DNA of 64,000 bases, from positions 58,964,001 to 59,028,000 of the forward strand of contig CM052817.1 of NCBI GenBank assembly GCA_028534125.1. Direction: 5' to 3'. The translations under genes were made by a program, and so were the position numbers. Positions 51,248-63,439 of the stretch are shown one piece after another. Each line of letters starts with the position of its first letter. The stretch's first letter is position 1. A model generated the notes under the pieces. The model made no database searches, was not told where the DNA came from, and saw only the letters and a program-made list of their open reading frames with translations. The stretch is from Lama glama (Eukaryota).

Positions 51248-51686
51248 TTTTTTTGAGGTATAAAATATAATGTTGACATACAACATTGTATTAGTTCATG
51301 TACAACATAATGATTTCATATTTGTATATATTGCAAAATGATCACCACAATAAGTCTAGTTAACATCTCTTACCACACATAGTTACAGAATGCTTTTCTC
51401 CTTGTGATGCAAACTTTTAATACTAATCTCTTATCAACTTTCAAATATGCAAACCAATGTTATTAACTGTAGTCACCATGCTATACGTTACATCCCCATG
51501 ACTTGTTTATTTTTGAACTAGAAGTTTGTCTCTTTTGCTATTGAGTTATGAGTTCTTTATGTATTTTAGATACTTGTCCCTTATCAGATATATGACTTGC
51601 AAATATTTTCTGCCACTCCATAGACTGTTTTTTCATTTTGTTGATGGTTCTCTTTTCTGTGCAGTAGCTTTTTAGTTTGATGTGGT
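51248..51686 (-). mobile_element. L1 (L1MA-like) 3' end with internal deletion near 51535
   Basis: 3'UTR resembles the 10019 element (gtacaacataatgatt..aatgatcaccacaataagtctag); jumps to ORF2 DNA cccttatcagatatatgacttgcaaatattttc. Confidence 0.9.
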
Positions 51687-52986
51687 TTAGCATAATTTTT
51701 CACGAGGATTTTTTTCTGACTTTTTATTCCAGTGATAGTGAATATTATGTTTTTACAAAAAAAATCAAACTATTCTTAAGATTCAGGGGGTTAGGCAAGA
51801 CCACAGGACAGGGTATTTCCAGAGAACCTTAAAGAGGACAGATCTTTGTTCTAAAGAAGAGGATATCCAGGCAGAAAGTGAAATTAAGCGAAGAATGTAA
51901 ATAGAATGTTCAAGGAAGATGGGGCTTGGAAAGTAAGTCTGGTTTAGGCTGTGAAGAATCCTGGCTAAAAAGTGTATACTTATCATCTGAGAAATTTCAT
52001 AATTTTTTATTTTACGTTTTTTCTTCTCATCTCTTTCAATAAGCATGTGTGATGTTTATGTTGAAGACAAGTACATCTTCAAACTGGGGATTTGGAGACA
52101 GCAGGAGCAGGATAGGAAGAACTGAAGTTGCATTTTTTTTTTCCCTCAAAGACAAAAGTAAAAAGGCCAAAAATGTTCAGCTCACATTGAAAGAGTGGGT
52201 TGTAGTATGCGTGGTGTGTGTGTGAGAGAGATAGAGAGCAGTGTAAGTGGTGTTTGGGGAATGAGTTTTCAGGTGTGGGTGCAGAGGAAGAGCAAATCTT
52301 TCAGTATGTTTATGAAAGCAAGTAAGATTGTTGTATGCGAAGTAAGAGATTTGGATTTCTGAATTTAATATTTTGGAGAATAAGCAATTGCAGACCATGG
52401 CATGGTCCAGGTTACACGTATAAACCTGGAAAACTGACTGAAGGAGGCTCAACAAACTTTGAAGGAAGGAGTTCAAGATTAGACTGGAGAATAGAATGGC
52501 GAATAGAAGGCAAAATCACCTGGGATGAAAGCAGTGGTTGCCAAGGGACTGAAAAGTTTTGATCATGTGATAATGTTCTTAATAGAAGCAAGTGTCTGAG
52601 CATGCCGCAGACCAACAAAGGTATAAGGGTGGGGGGAAACCTGTACATGAGACTTTAAAGGAGAATAGGGTATTGGAGAGATGGTGATAAAAGTATATTA
52701 GAATAAGCAGTTTGTAGGCACAGTGACGTTTCATCTGGAAACTGAGAAATCTTCATGTGAATTGCATGGATATGAAAAACTGGATAAGTATGGATATATT
52801 TAGGAACTTACAGGATCTCATGAGGCCTAATGGATATTAAGAAGAGAGAATTCCAGTAGGGAAAGGCGTAACTATGAAATCAATGAATTTGAATGAAAAT
52901 GGCACAGATGACAGCTAATATGGAGTAAATATAAATAAGCGATAAAAGGAAAAGGGAGAGGGAGTAGTAAGAAGTATTAGAGGGGT

Positions 52987-53420
52987 GTATCGGTCAGATT
53001 TCAGTGCAGATACCAGAAACTACTTAAAACAGGGAATTACAAAATTGTTGGATAGACCACTAAGTGGAACTGGAAATCAGCAGTCATCTGTCATTGTCCA
53101 CTGCTGAGATGCAGTGGTCAGGAAGCTGCAGGAAAACACTGCCAGTAATCACAGCTGCCCAGAGTACCAAGTAACCACCCAGGAGAACATGACCTTGTAT
53201 CTTAGAGCCTGTGTCAGCCACCATCCCTGTCAGATCAAGGGTGCCCTTGGCCTCTCCTGTTCCTTCCCAATTTTATATGCACCCATCTCATCAACAAAGC
53301 CTAAAACAAGTCCAGAACTCTAGAGAGATGGAAAATGTAGTTTCCAGGATACAAGCCTCTTAGATAAAGGGAGGAACATAGAAAGTGTAGGAATGGAGGC
53401 TGACGGACAAACAAGATTTA
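52987..53420 (-). mobile_element. Ancient ERVL/MaLR-class LTR
   Basis: tgtatcggtcag start; ctgctgagat..tcaggaagctgc; ggaaaatgtagtttccag; family and strand tentative. Confidence 0.5.
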
Positions 53421-53704
53421 TGAAAATCAGAGGTAAAGATCATAGAACAAACCAGAAATTGCAGTCTTAAATAAAACTTTGGTAACTCTTTTGCTGACAA
53501 CGCAAGTGCCCAGGCCCAGACAGCTGTGGTAGTTTCAAAACACAGGAACGAATAAATGCAAGATCCCAGACAAGCTTAGTTCTCTCAGATGTTACCCACC
53601 TCAACCAGGCCATTGGCAATTGCTGAGAGAGTGCAGTTTTGAGCTTGTAGTCCTGACTCTGATTCTCCAAACGCAGATGGGAAATTCAATCACACATTTT
53701 AGCA

Positions 53705-53893
53705 CAGCAGTTCACTAAGTATGGTGCCTACACCAGCAACAGCAGTAGCACCTGGGAACTGGTTAGAAAGGTGACTTTTCAGAATTTAAGCCAGACTTTC
53801 TAAATCAGAGACTTTGAAGGGAGGGCCCAGCATTCTGTGTTTTAACAAGCCCTCATGGTAATTCTGATAAATGCTAAAGTTTGAGAACCACCG
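53705..53893. mobile_element. MER5A hAT-Charlie MITE
   Basis: gcacctgggaactggttagaaa..ctgtgttttaacaagccctc..aagtttgagaaccaccg; 8-bp TSD-like ttttagca/ttttaggt. Confidence 0.9.
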
Positions 53894-54635
53894 TTTTAGG
53901 TAAAAAGAAAAAGACAAACTATATTTATAGGCTTATATTTAAGTATTGAAGCTCCGTTCTGCCCTTAAAAGTGAGGCATGCACCTGATTTGGTGAGATTA
54001 CACCAAATTAAAACATGGTTTTTTCATCATATACTGCATTTTATAAGTACGTACAAATGTCACGTCTGTGGATTTTCTGATTAAGTTGTGTTTTAAGAAG
54101 CATAAACAATATCCTTGAAAAAATATTTCTTGACTTCATTTAAGAAGGGCCCAACTATAATACCTTTCGGTATTCAAAATAGTAATAGTTCATACGTCAT
54201 AGCACTTAGTATGTGCCAAGCACTACTGGGAGCCCCATACTTACCCTCATTTAATACTCATCTGTTGGGTAGCTGTCAGTATTAACACCTTTTTAATGGG
54301 TAAGAAAATAGAGACCTGTGCAGAGCAGAGGTTTCATGGCTGTTAGACTCCAGAGCCTTCTATTTCTTCTAAGAAATATAGTACTACAGAGACATGTTCA
54401 TACTCTATGCATTTTTTAAAATAAATTGATTTTCTTTTACACGCATGTGCTAAATTAAACCATAACTTTCTATAAAAATAACAATAAAAAACTTTAGCAT
54501 GGACTTTTTCTCCCTGAAAGTTAAGAAAAATAGTTATTAGTCCTTATAATGTTGCTAAATGGTGTTACTAAGTTAAAATTGGCTTTAAAATCATACTGCA
54601 TTCAATGACACTTGCTTTAAATGAACCACGTGATA

Positions 54636-55135
54636 NNNNNNNNNNNNNNNNNNNNNNNNNNNNNNNNNNNNNNNNNNNNNNNNNNNNNNNNNNNNNNNNN
54701 NNNNNNNNNNNNNNNNNNNNNNNNNNNNNNNNNNNNNNNNNNNNNNNNNNNNNNNNNNNNNNNNNNNNNNNNNNNNNNNNNNNNNNNNNNNNNNNNNNNN
54801 NNNNNNNNNNNNNNNNNNNNNNNNNNNNNNNNNNNNNNNNNNNNNNNNNNNNNNNNNNNNNNNNNNNNNNNNNNNNNNNNNNNNNNNNNNNNNNNNNNNN
54901 NNNNNNNNNNNNNNNNNNNNNNNNNNNNNNNNNNNNNNNNNNNNNNNNNNNNNNNNNNNNNNNNNNNNNNNNNNNNNNNNNNNNNNNNNNNNNNNNNNNN
55001 NNNNNNNNNNNNNNNNNNNNNNNNNNNNNNNNNNNNNNNNNNNNNNNNNNNNNNNNNNNNNNNNNNNNNNNNNNNNNNNNNNNNNNNNNNNNNNNNNNNN
55101 NNNNNNNNNNNNNNNNNNNNNNNNNNNNNNNNNNN
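54636..55135. other. Assembly gap (500 N)
   Basis: Run of exactly 500 N. Confidence 0.99.
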
Positions 55136-55563
55136 CTTCAGAAGTCTCTGTGGATCCCCTCGGGGGTGGGCCACGCATGATGACCAGTGACTTAGCAGTG
55201 GTGGACTCTGAAGGTACCTATAGGACAGCTGTATGTTTAATTTTCCATCTGAAAAATTCTCTTTAAATATACTGCCAACCATTCTCCTGTGGAATGAGGG
55301 CCATCTCATTGGGTTCATCTGCCCTAGTCCAAAAGGATCAAAGCCCTGCGGGTGCACTGGATGCTCTCACCCAGGATTTCATTAGCTGCTCCCAACCTGC
55401 CCTTGTATATTGACATTCTCAGTAAGCCTAGAGTTACTTCAGTTGTCTGACTGAAGTCTCCTTCTCAAGCCTGGGATTAAAATATGCTTTTGCAGTTGTT
55501 GGTCTTTTTAAGCCATTGCTCTATAGAAAACATATACTTCTTTCTGATGTCTGTGTTTCTAAG

Positions 55564-56076
55564 TGTCACTGAAAAAAATGCACAGCCTGAAAGTTGAGAG
55601 TTATGTTTTATTTGGCAGACATTTCTGAGGACTTAAGCCCAGGATACAGCCTCTCATATAGCTCTGAGGGTCTGCTCCGAAGAAGCAGGAGAGGAGCCAG
55701 GGTATATAGGAGTTTTTGCAACAAAAACCAGGTAGTTGGAATACCAAAAGATTATTGTTAATTAAAGAAAACAAGTATCTCAAGTTAAGGAATTTAGCAC
55801 TTTACTGTTTATGGGAAGGTGCAAAAGTCTGGGCTCATTGAAATCATTCCTTTGATATGCACCTAGCTATATAGGGCCAGTATCCTGTTCTTTCCCATCC
55901 TCAGTTCCCTTAGGATGTACCATTTGGTTGGTGGGGGGTGGCAAGGCTGGGCTGCCTGCTGGTCTCCATCCTGAGTTCCCTCCGGCTCACCTTCATGGGC
56001 AGCAGTAGTGGCTGATGAATTGATAGTCGCAGCATCCTTTGTTTACTGATATGACAAGCAATATTTTTTATTCACA
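55564..56076 (-). mobile_element. ERV1-class solo LTR (MER41-like artiodactyl family)
   Basis: TG..CA termini; TSD taag/taaa; minus-strand AATAAA (~55607) and TATA (gtatatagg ~55702); family name from recalled consensus. Confidence 0.85.
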
Positions 56077-56269
56077 TAAAGTACTACTCTTGTCCTGTTC
56101 TGGGGTTGGTTGCAGTTCTTTCAAAGGATTACCATGTACTAAGGCCAGCATTTTCTCAAAAGTCTTTCACAAATTTCTTTCCATTACAAGATTTGCTTTC
56201 CTTATGAGCTTTAGTTAGGGCTCAGATTTGATATGTGCACTCCCCCATGCTCTTACATACTTTGTTTAC

Positions 56270-57172
56270 AAATATTTATTGAGCATTGAAGATATGTTCT
56301 AGGCACTTTCTAGGCAAACCTGAGGAACTTTGCTGAGCAAAACAGGGAACCCCACCCTCCTGAAGCTTATGTGGTTGGGAAAAGGAGAAGAAAATTACCA
56401 ATAGATGCCATAGGTAAGTGTAGGGCAAGGTAAAGGAGAATGCTGAGGGTGTGGCTTGCAATTTTAAATAGGGCAATTACCTCCTGGAGAAAGTGACACT
56501 TGAATGAAGACTTGAATGAGGTGAGAAAATTAGCCCTGAGGAAATCTGGAGGGAAAATACAAAGGCTTAATGGTAGGGATGTCTTGGAGAATAACGAATA
56601 GCAAGTACGCCTGTCTGGCTGAAGCTTTGAGTATTATGGTAGGAAGGGATTTCAGAGAGATGAGTGGAGCTGGGTGATGAAGAGTCTTCATGTTTTTACA
56701 CTGAGGGAAAAAGAAAGCCTTTGAAAGGTTTTGGGCAGAGGAGGAACACATGATATGCCTTACATTTGAAAAGGATCACTCTGTCTATTGTGTTGATGAT
56801 AGACTGGGAGGACAATGGCAAAAAGACTATTTTAGTAATTGAGGGTACCTCCTCCCCAGGGAGTAGCAATGAAGGTAGAACCAAGGGATTTTCTGACAGA
56901 CTGGATGTTAGAGAAATAGAAGGGTCGAGAAAAACTTAAGGGTGTTGGCTTGAGCAACTGGAAGAATAACAGCCATTAATTGGTTGCAGATGTAGCCAGG
57001 GAGACAGGTTTAATTTTAGATATATTAATTCTGAGATATTGATTAGTAAAGTAAGTAATTAGTGATTCAGATCAAATAGGCAGTTGAACATCTATAAAAG
57101 TCTGGAGTCAGGATAGAGGTCTGGCCTGGAGATGTATGTTTGGGACATCACTATAATGATAGTATTTAAAGC
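56270..57172 (-). mobile_element. L2 LINE 3' portion
   Basis: aaatatttattgagca..ttctaggcact; gtgacacttgaatgaagacttgaatga; aaaggatcactctgtcta; gaggtctggcctggagat. Confidence 0.88.
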
Positions 57173-57181
57173 TAATCCTCT

Positions 57182-57738
57182 TGTTAGGGTGCAAAATTTC
57201 ATACGCCTGTTGCACAAACCAAAATGTCAGAGTTTAGAACGGAGAAAGGGTTTATTGCAGGGCCAAGCAAGAAGAATGGGTGGATCGTGCTCAAAATACC
57301 TAAACTTTTTGATAGTTTTCAGGGAAAAGTTTTTTATAGGCAAAATTGGGGGTGAGGGTTACGAGGGTGTGTGACTCTCTTCTGATTGCTTGGTGGTGAG
57401 GTACCAGGGCTGTGTTCCAGGAATGTTGTGCTCAGCCTGAAGTTACCAGCCTCCACCTGGGTGGGGGCCTCAGTTCCTATAGAACTCAGAGATATTGTTA
57501 TGTATATTCCCTTACGAGGAACCAGGATCCTGCCCCAAGGCTGCACTATTGTTTGTTGACTGTCCCTCCCTTGTTTCTGAATTTCCTCTTTTTCTTGTTT
57601 AGTAGCTATTTGAATCTGCCCTTTGGAACTCAGGGAACGCCAGGGAGGCTGAATGAAATGTATTTCCTACGAACAAGAAATGGGGAGACATGGGAAGTAT
57701 GTCCCAGGGAGGACTCCACAGAGTCCTGCTCTGCTTGA
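57182..57738 (-). mobile_element. ERV1-class solo LTR, left member of inverted pair
   Basis: Perfect TSD CTCT (57178-57181, 57739-57742); minus-strand AATAAA 57251-57256 and TATAAAA 57332-57338. Confidence 0.93.
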
Positions 57739-57759
57739 CTCTGCTTAACTCTTTTCCCC

Positions 57760-57962
57760 TTACCACTTATCACTATTAAGATACAACATACTATCTTGAT
57801 AAGACTGGCTAAAATACTATATATTTTCATTTTGCACTTCTATGTGCCTCCTTCTGCCACAAGAGAATATCCAGGCAGTGGTTTTTCTGTTTTATTCTCT
57901 GCTGCATCCTTAGCTCCTAGAAGAGTGTGTGGCACATGACTGCTGCCAATAAATGCTGTTTG
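57760..57962 (+). mobile_element. L2 3' end
   Basis: ctgctgcatccttagctcctagaagagtgtgtggcacatg..caataaatgctgttt. Confidence 0.8.
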
Positions 57963-58329
57963 CAACCATAGCCAGACTTTAAGATACCCTTTAAATTGCT
58001 AGGACTGAAATTCTCAAAGTTTTCCACGTGTTTGTCCTTCCACCTACAGTCTCTGGGATCCTGATTTAGAGGTATTTTCATTTGGGTCTTCTCTGACCTC
58101 ATTTTCCTGAGGTTCAGATACAAGACGATTCCTTGGCATCAACAATTTCCTTCCAGTTCCATTTTCTACCATACACCCTCTGAATTTAAAACACAGTCAT
58201 TTTGGGTCCTTCTGATAAGTTTTATAGCTGCAAACTCAGTCTTTTGGAAAGCAATTGGGAAGATATATTTCTATACGCAATTATTATAGAACTTCTAGGC
58301 TTGTTTAAATTACCTAAAACTAAGAAAGG

Positions 58330-58917
58330 TGAAACAGAGAAGGACCCTGTGGGGTCCTCCGTGATACAAATCCTGTCCGTGTGCTCCCCCCACCCCCTTA
58401 TTTCTTGTTTGTGGAGATAGACTTCATTCATCCTCCTTGACCTTCCCTGAATGCCAAAGGGCAAATTCAAACAGTTGCATATCAGGGAGGGGAGGAAATG
58501 CAGAAACACAGGAGGGATCCTCAAGAAACAATAGTGAAGCCTGGGGGCAGGGTCTTAGTTCATCCTCATATACATATACATAACAATATCTCTGAGTTCT
58601 TCTACAGGAACTGAGGCCCCCACTCAGGTGGAGGCTGGTAACTTCAGGCTGAGCACAACATTCCTGGAATACCACCCTGGTACCTCAACACCAAGCAATC
58701 AGAAGAAAGTCACACCCCCTTGCAGCCCTCCCTCACCCCTAGTTTTGCCTATAAAAACTTTCCCCAGAAAACCATCTGGTAGTTTGGGTTTTTGAGCATG
58801 AGCCACCCATTCTCCTTCCCTGGCCCTTCCAATAAACCTTTATCTGCTCCACACTCTGACATTTTGGTTTGTTTGGCCTCACTGTGCATTGGGCACACAA
58901 ACTTTTGTTCAGTAACA
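58330..58917 (+). mobile_element. ERV1-class solo LTR, right member of inverted pair
   Basis: TGAAAC..GTAACA termini; TATAAAA 58750-58756; AATAAA 58831-58836; TSD aagg/aaag; reverse-complement homologous to 57182-57738. Confidence 0.93.
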
Positions 58918-60099
58918 AAAGATGTATTACTAAGGCAAAGAGGTGAAAAGATGACCTTGAACACCATCTCTTCCTTTCAAGCAGCTGCTGAGAAGCCTGC
59001 CCTTTGTCTCTGGCTCACTAGAGTGCCTTATTTGTCTAAATGAATTGTAAATGAATACTATCTGTACACGGGCTGACAGGCAATGACTTATGAAATGGAG
59101 GAATTTCCACATTTACAAATGAATTACCTGTTTTAATAAAACCAAGAAAGTACAGTTTTCCATCCCTATCTCTGGCATGCGTTTCCAGTACTACTGATTT
59201 TTATTACTTAGTAAATTTGCCTTCTTGAAAGATAATAGTCCAACTCAGTCTCTATTAAAATCAAGGTCAATTTTCCACTATTAGTGCTCAGGAAAGTGAA
59301 AGGTTGAATTATTCTTTAGTCATGGTTTTTAGAAACTTGATAGACTGAAAACAAAACAGAAATAAATTCAGTTCAAAAATTCACAGCAAGTATTAGAATC
59401 ATGATTTTTCTTTTTACCTTGTCTTATTTTTCAGAATTAGATTCAGTCCCAGCCTCTTCCTTTGTTATTTTATAGGTCAGTCCCTGAAAAGTTAATTAAT
59501 TCAATCTGGGACACTGAACTAGTTAGTGGCAGTGGCTGCACTTGATTTGTGTTCCATAAATGTTTCCACTCTAAATAGTCTTTTTCACTCTAGATCCAAA
59601 TAGGAAGCTATGATAATAATAGTCTAGCACTATTTCTTGGTAATTTTATTATGATTTCTGTTTTGGTCAATTATGTCATTATTAATGTTAATCATGAATA
59701 AGAGAGGGTCTATAATTTGAAATCATTTGAGAATTTACAGCTTTAGTAGTTGAATTATACTTCATGACCTGCATTTACTAAAAGAAACTTGTTTTAGAGG
59801 CTCAGTGCCCATACCATGTGGGAGGTAGAAATTATAAGAAAAGTGCTGATTACAGCTTGACCGAAGCAATCAGAGATGTCTTAAAAAGCAGGTGTCCTCA
59901 GTAGCAACAGTTTTGCTTTATTATTTGTAGTTGTGCTATTTGAAGTCAGTTTAGCTTAAATCTTAAATCTTCATTTTTGTGGGGAAATAGATCCATTTAA
60001 TTTTCAGCTACATTTTGGTTTTTCTTTTTATAAATTTTTAAATGAAATCAGGCTCTTACTTATTTTTTGAACTTGCTGTCTTTCCTCCCAAAGTAGATG

Positions 60100-60440
60100 G
60101 AACCTTTGAGCACGAATGCTTTCCCAGCTGCCTCATCTCACAGACCTCAGATCTCAATATGTTCATTGCTTCGTCAAAGAAGCATTCTAAGATCTCCCTG
60201 ACTAGTCCAATTCCTATTTTACTCTCATCACATTGTGTATTTCCATTGTAAATGTTTAATTTTACAAATATGACTTTTTTCTTATTTGATTAGTGTTAGT
60301 CTACCTCTCAGAAATGGAATTTCCCTAAGAACAGGAAACATGGACTTTTACTTGCTATTTTAACCTTACCATTATGGGATAAGTCAAGGAGGATTCAAAA
60401 TAGGCACTGAATGAATATTGGATGAATGAATGAATGAATG
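60100..60440 (+). mobile_element. L2 3' end with (TGAA)n tail
   Basis: cagacctcagatctcaatatg..; ends aataggcactgaatgaatattggatgaatgaatgaatgaatg. Confidence 0.8.
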
Positions 60441-61639
60441 ATTCAAAATTCTGCTGAATACTTAATCATTTATAGCAAAAACAATGCTTTCCCAAAGTTG
60501 TTTTGCTTTTAGCAAGGTTACAGATCTACTGAGCTATATTGATATGAGCAAGAAAAATGTACCTTTTCTTTTAATTTTTCTTCTAAGTAATTTGATATTC
60601 TTAAGGAATCTCTCACCTCATAGATTTATCCCTAGGTTGACATGGGTGGCTCAATTTAATTCTTATAATAAATTCACTCCAATTCAGTAATTTTGGACAT
60701 CTGATTTTGTGTATATTTCAGCCCTTCCCCATCTCTTCCATAAGTTGGTGTCCAAATGTTTGTTATAAGTTAATATGATTTGAAAAAGAATGTATGAAAT
60801 TTTGTGAATAATTTATTAATGAAATGACTACTTTCAATAATAATTCCTATATAGATTTTCCTCTAACCTAAAGAGCAGGAGCCATTTCTTACTATTTTTA
60901 CTTTTGTTTCCCTCTGAAGTAACGCAGTGGTTAACACAGAGTTTCTCAATAAAACTTTCTTTAAATGAATGAATCAAAACGACATTAATCAAAAGAAAGG
61001 GAAACATGAATGTTTGTACATTACTGCAAAAAATTATATGTGTAGCTGTAATTAGGAGCGTGTTTTCAGTATGTCTCTGCTTTGATTTAATAAATAGTTC
61101 TGAAGACATTTCTGATAGCTTGAGTAGATATGGGGCCTAGTAAACATACCAAATGAATTTTTTTTAAATCAAAATAATATGCTCAGATTGCAGATCTCAT
61201 CTTATTTGACAAGCTCATTGATTGATCAAGCTGTAAAGATAGAAATACAAATACGGGTAGTTAAGAAGTTAAATCTAGAACAGCCTTTTAGCATGTCATC
61301 AGCGGGAAAAGAAATGGCAACAAAATAAGTTTCTATTTTCTCTTTTAAGACATAGACGCAGCCTTATAGAGAGCAAAGATTAGAATCTAGTGAGAAAACT
61401 GGGTTTAGTACCAATGGTTAATGGCCAAACCCATAAAAGATGAATACTTGTTAGACTTGAGTAGGCAGTGGAGGGCTAGACCCAGCTGTATCCAACAGGA
61501 GGTGATCCAACGAGGCTGGAAGGGCAAGGGACATGGCAGTTATGAAGACAGGTGCTTGGTGACAGTCCAGGATGCCTTTTCAATACAGATAAGCAGATGA
61601 TCTCTTTGTGAATAAGTGAATAAGTGCTTTGTGAATAAA

Positions 61640-61810
61640 GCACACTTAAGCTTTAGTGTGCATTACCCAAAAAGCTTATTAAAAATGCAGATTCCCCAGT
61701 CTCATCCTTAGACATTCTGATTCTGTAGGTTTAGGTTATGCCGAGGACTCTGTATTTTTAGCCAGCACCCAAGGAAATTCTGATGCCCGAGACTCTTTTT
61801 CAAAAATACC
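61640..61810. mobile_element. MER5B-like hAT element
   Basis: gcttattaaaaatgcagattcccc..ttctgattctgtaggttt..gcacccaaggaaattctgatgc. Confidence 0.75.
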
Positions 61811-61900
61811 TAAGATCTAAAAAATGTTAATCTTTTTTTCATGTAAATTGAGCACTTACTAATGAGAGATTACCTAATATTCATATACACATAATGATAT

Positions 61901-62425
61901 TGCTGGGGAGGAGGAAGTTTCCCCCTCTACTATTCTTGAGTTCTTGTGGTAGGACTAATAATTAAGTTGATAGAAGACAGATTAATAGGAGAAAGAGAAA
62001 CAAATTATACTTCCCACACATGGATATCTACTGGAAATGGGACCTAAAGTGTGTGAAGTAAGCATCTTTTATACTTTTTAAACAAAGAAACAATACATTT
62101 TTGAGGAAGTAATAGGACAAAGAAACTTAGGTTTTGGTTGTGTAATTAGTGAAGAATCTAAACAGAGTGTGGGCTTGGGGCAGTAAGTTAAAGGCCTGTT
62201 TGCATAGGCTTCTCAGCCCTGAATTCCCTATCTTTGATGATCAAGGTGTCCTTGTACCTCCGGATGTAGGGAGTGCACCTTTCAATGAGAGACTTATTTC
62301 CTGCTTTTTGGGAGACAGAAAGGAGAATCAGAGTGTTCTTACGTTGGCCAGTTCTTAAGTAATTTTAATTCAAATTGATCAATATGTCATTGAGGCACGT
62401 TTTGGGTTGCCTACCTTTGGCCGCA
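61901..62425 (-). mobile_element. ERV1-class solo LTR (MER34/MER39-like)
   Basis: gaagacagattaataggagaaa; end ttcaaattgatcaatatgtcattgaggcacgttttggg typical of the MER34/39 group. Confidence 0.75.
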
Positions 62426-63439
62426 ATTGCATAAATAGAATTCATCTGAATTAAGAATATTAAATTACATTTAGGATATTTAACTGATTAAAGTCTGAAC
62501 CATTTTCCTTTTGCAAACAAAAAGCAGATTATCCTTCATTTAAAGTTCCAACAATCTAAAAAGTCTCATTTGAAACTTTCAGCCCCCTATTCATTACTCT
62601 TCTGCTGAACATAATAAACAAAGACCTTGCTAGTGCGATGGCTTATGGGTATATAGTCCCATGAGGCATTCCTTGCATGGAGTTTCTTTTTCCTAAGACT
62701 AGAATACTTCGTCCTGTGCTCAGAGGCTGAGGGACTTTCCTCCTGTTTCTGCATCTCTGAGGTTGACTTGCGTGAGGCAGCCTGAACTACGTAAAGTTTT
62801 GTCTCCTACATTCCCCCTTATTATGCAATGGACACTCAGTAAATACATGATAAAGGAATGAGTGGATTTTTCTATACACCAACATCAAAGATTCACAGAT
62901 GATCATTTTTACTTCTTGAAGCTTTTTGTTAAAACTGGAGATAATCTTAATTAAATTCTCTCACTTTACAGTGGAAACAATGGAGATAGTTCTGGCTAAG
63001 TAACTCAGTATCTGTATGTTGGCTTTGTCCATACGGTGCTTTATTTTACATTTATCTGCTCTATTTCTCAAGTTCTATTATTCTTGTTTAATAGTTTTAA
63101 ATTTTCATAATTTTGTAGAATATTTGTCTATAATGTCTATCTCATGCCAGTCTGCTATGTGTCAGGGTGTCAAAATGACTTAATTGCTTATTCTGCTTAG
63201 CAAAATTTAGAGGGAAATTCACAAATGTTGTCTTTGTGCATGTATGTGTTCACATGAGCAAAATTCTAGGGACAAGTTTTGAAAACAAGTTTAATCTTTG
63301 AAATTTAAATTTCTAATGAAAATACTTTTTTTTAATTTAAAGAAAGATTACGTAGAGTAATATTCTTTTTAAAGGAATATAATTTGTTTCAGGTATATTT
63401 TCACTAATAGGTAAGTGACAACTGTAAAACTCAAGAACA

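Noticed and set aside
54591..55357. Four 189-246 aa ORFs in the track
   Set aside because: Artefacts of translating through the 500-N gap.
57412..58675. Paralogous small proteins (FQECCAQPEVTSLHL..)
   Set aside because: Antisense translations of the two homologous LTR copies.
57182..58917. DNA transposon or foldback element with long TIRs
   Set aside because: Each arm has LTR hallmarks and a separate 4-bp TSD; the spacer contains an ancient L2 end.
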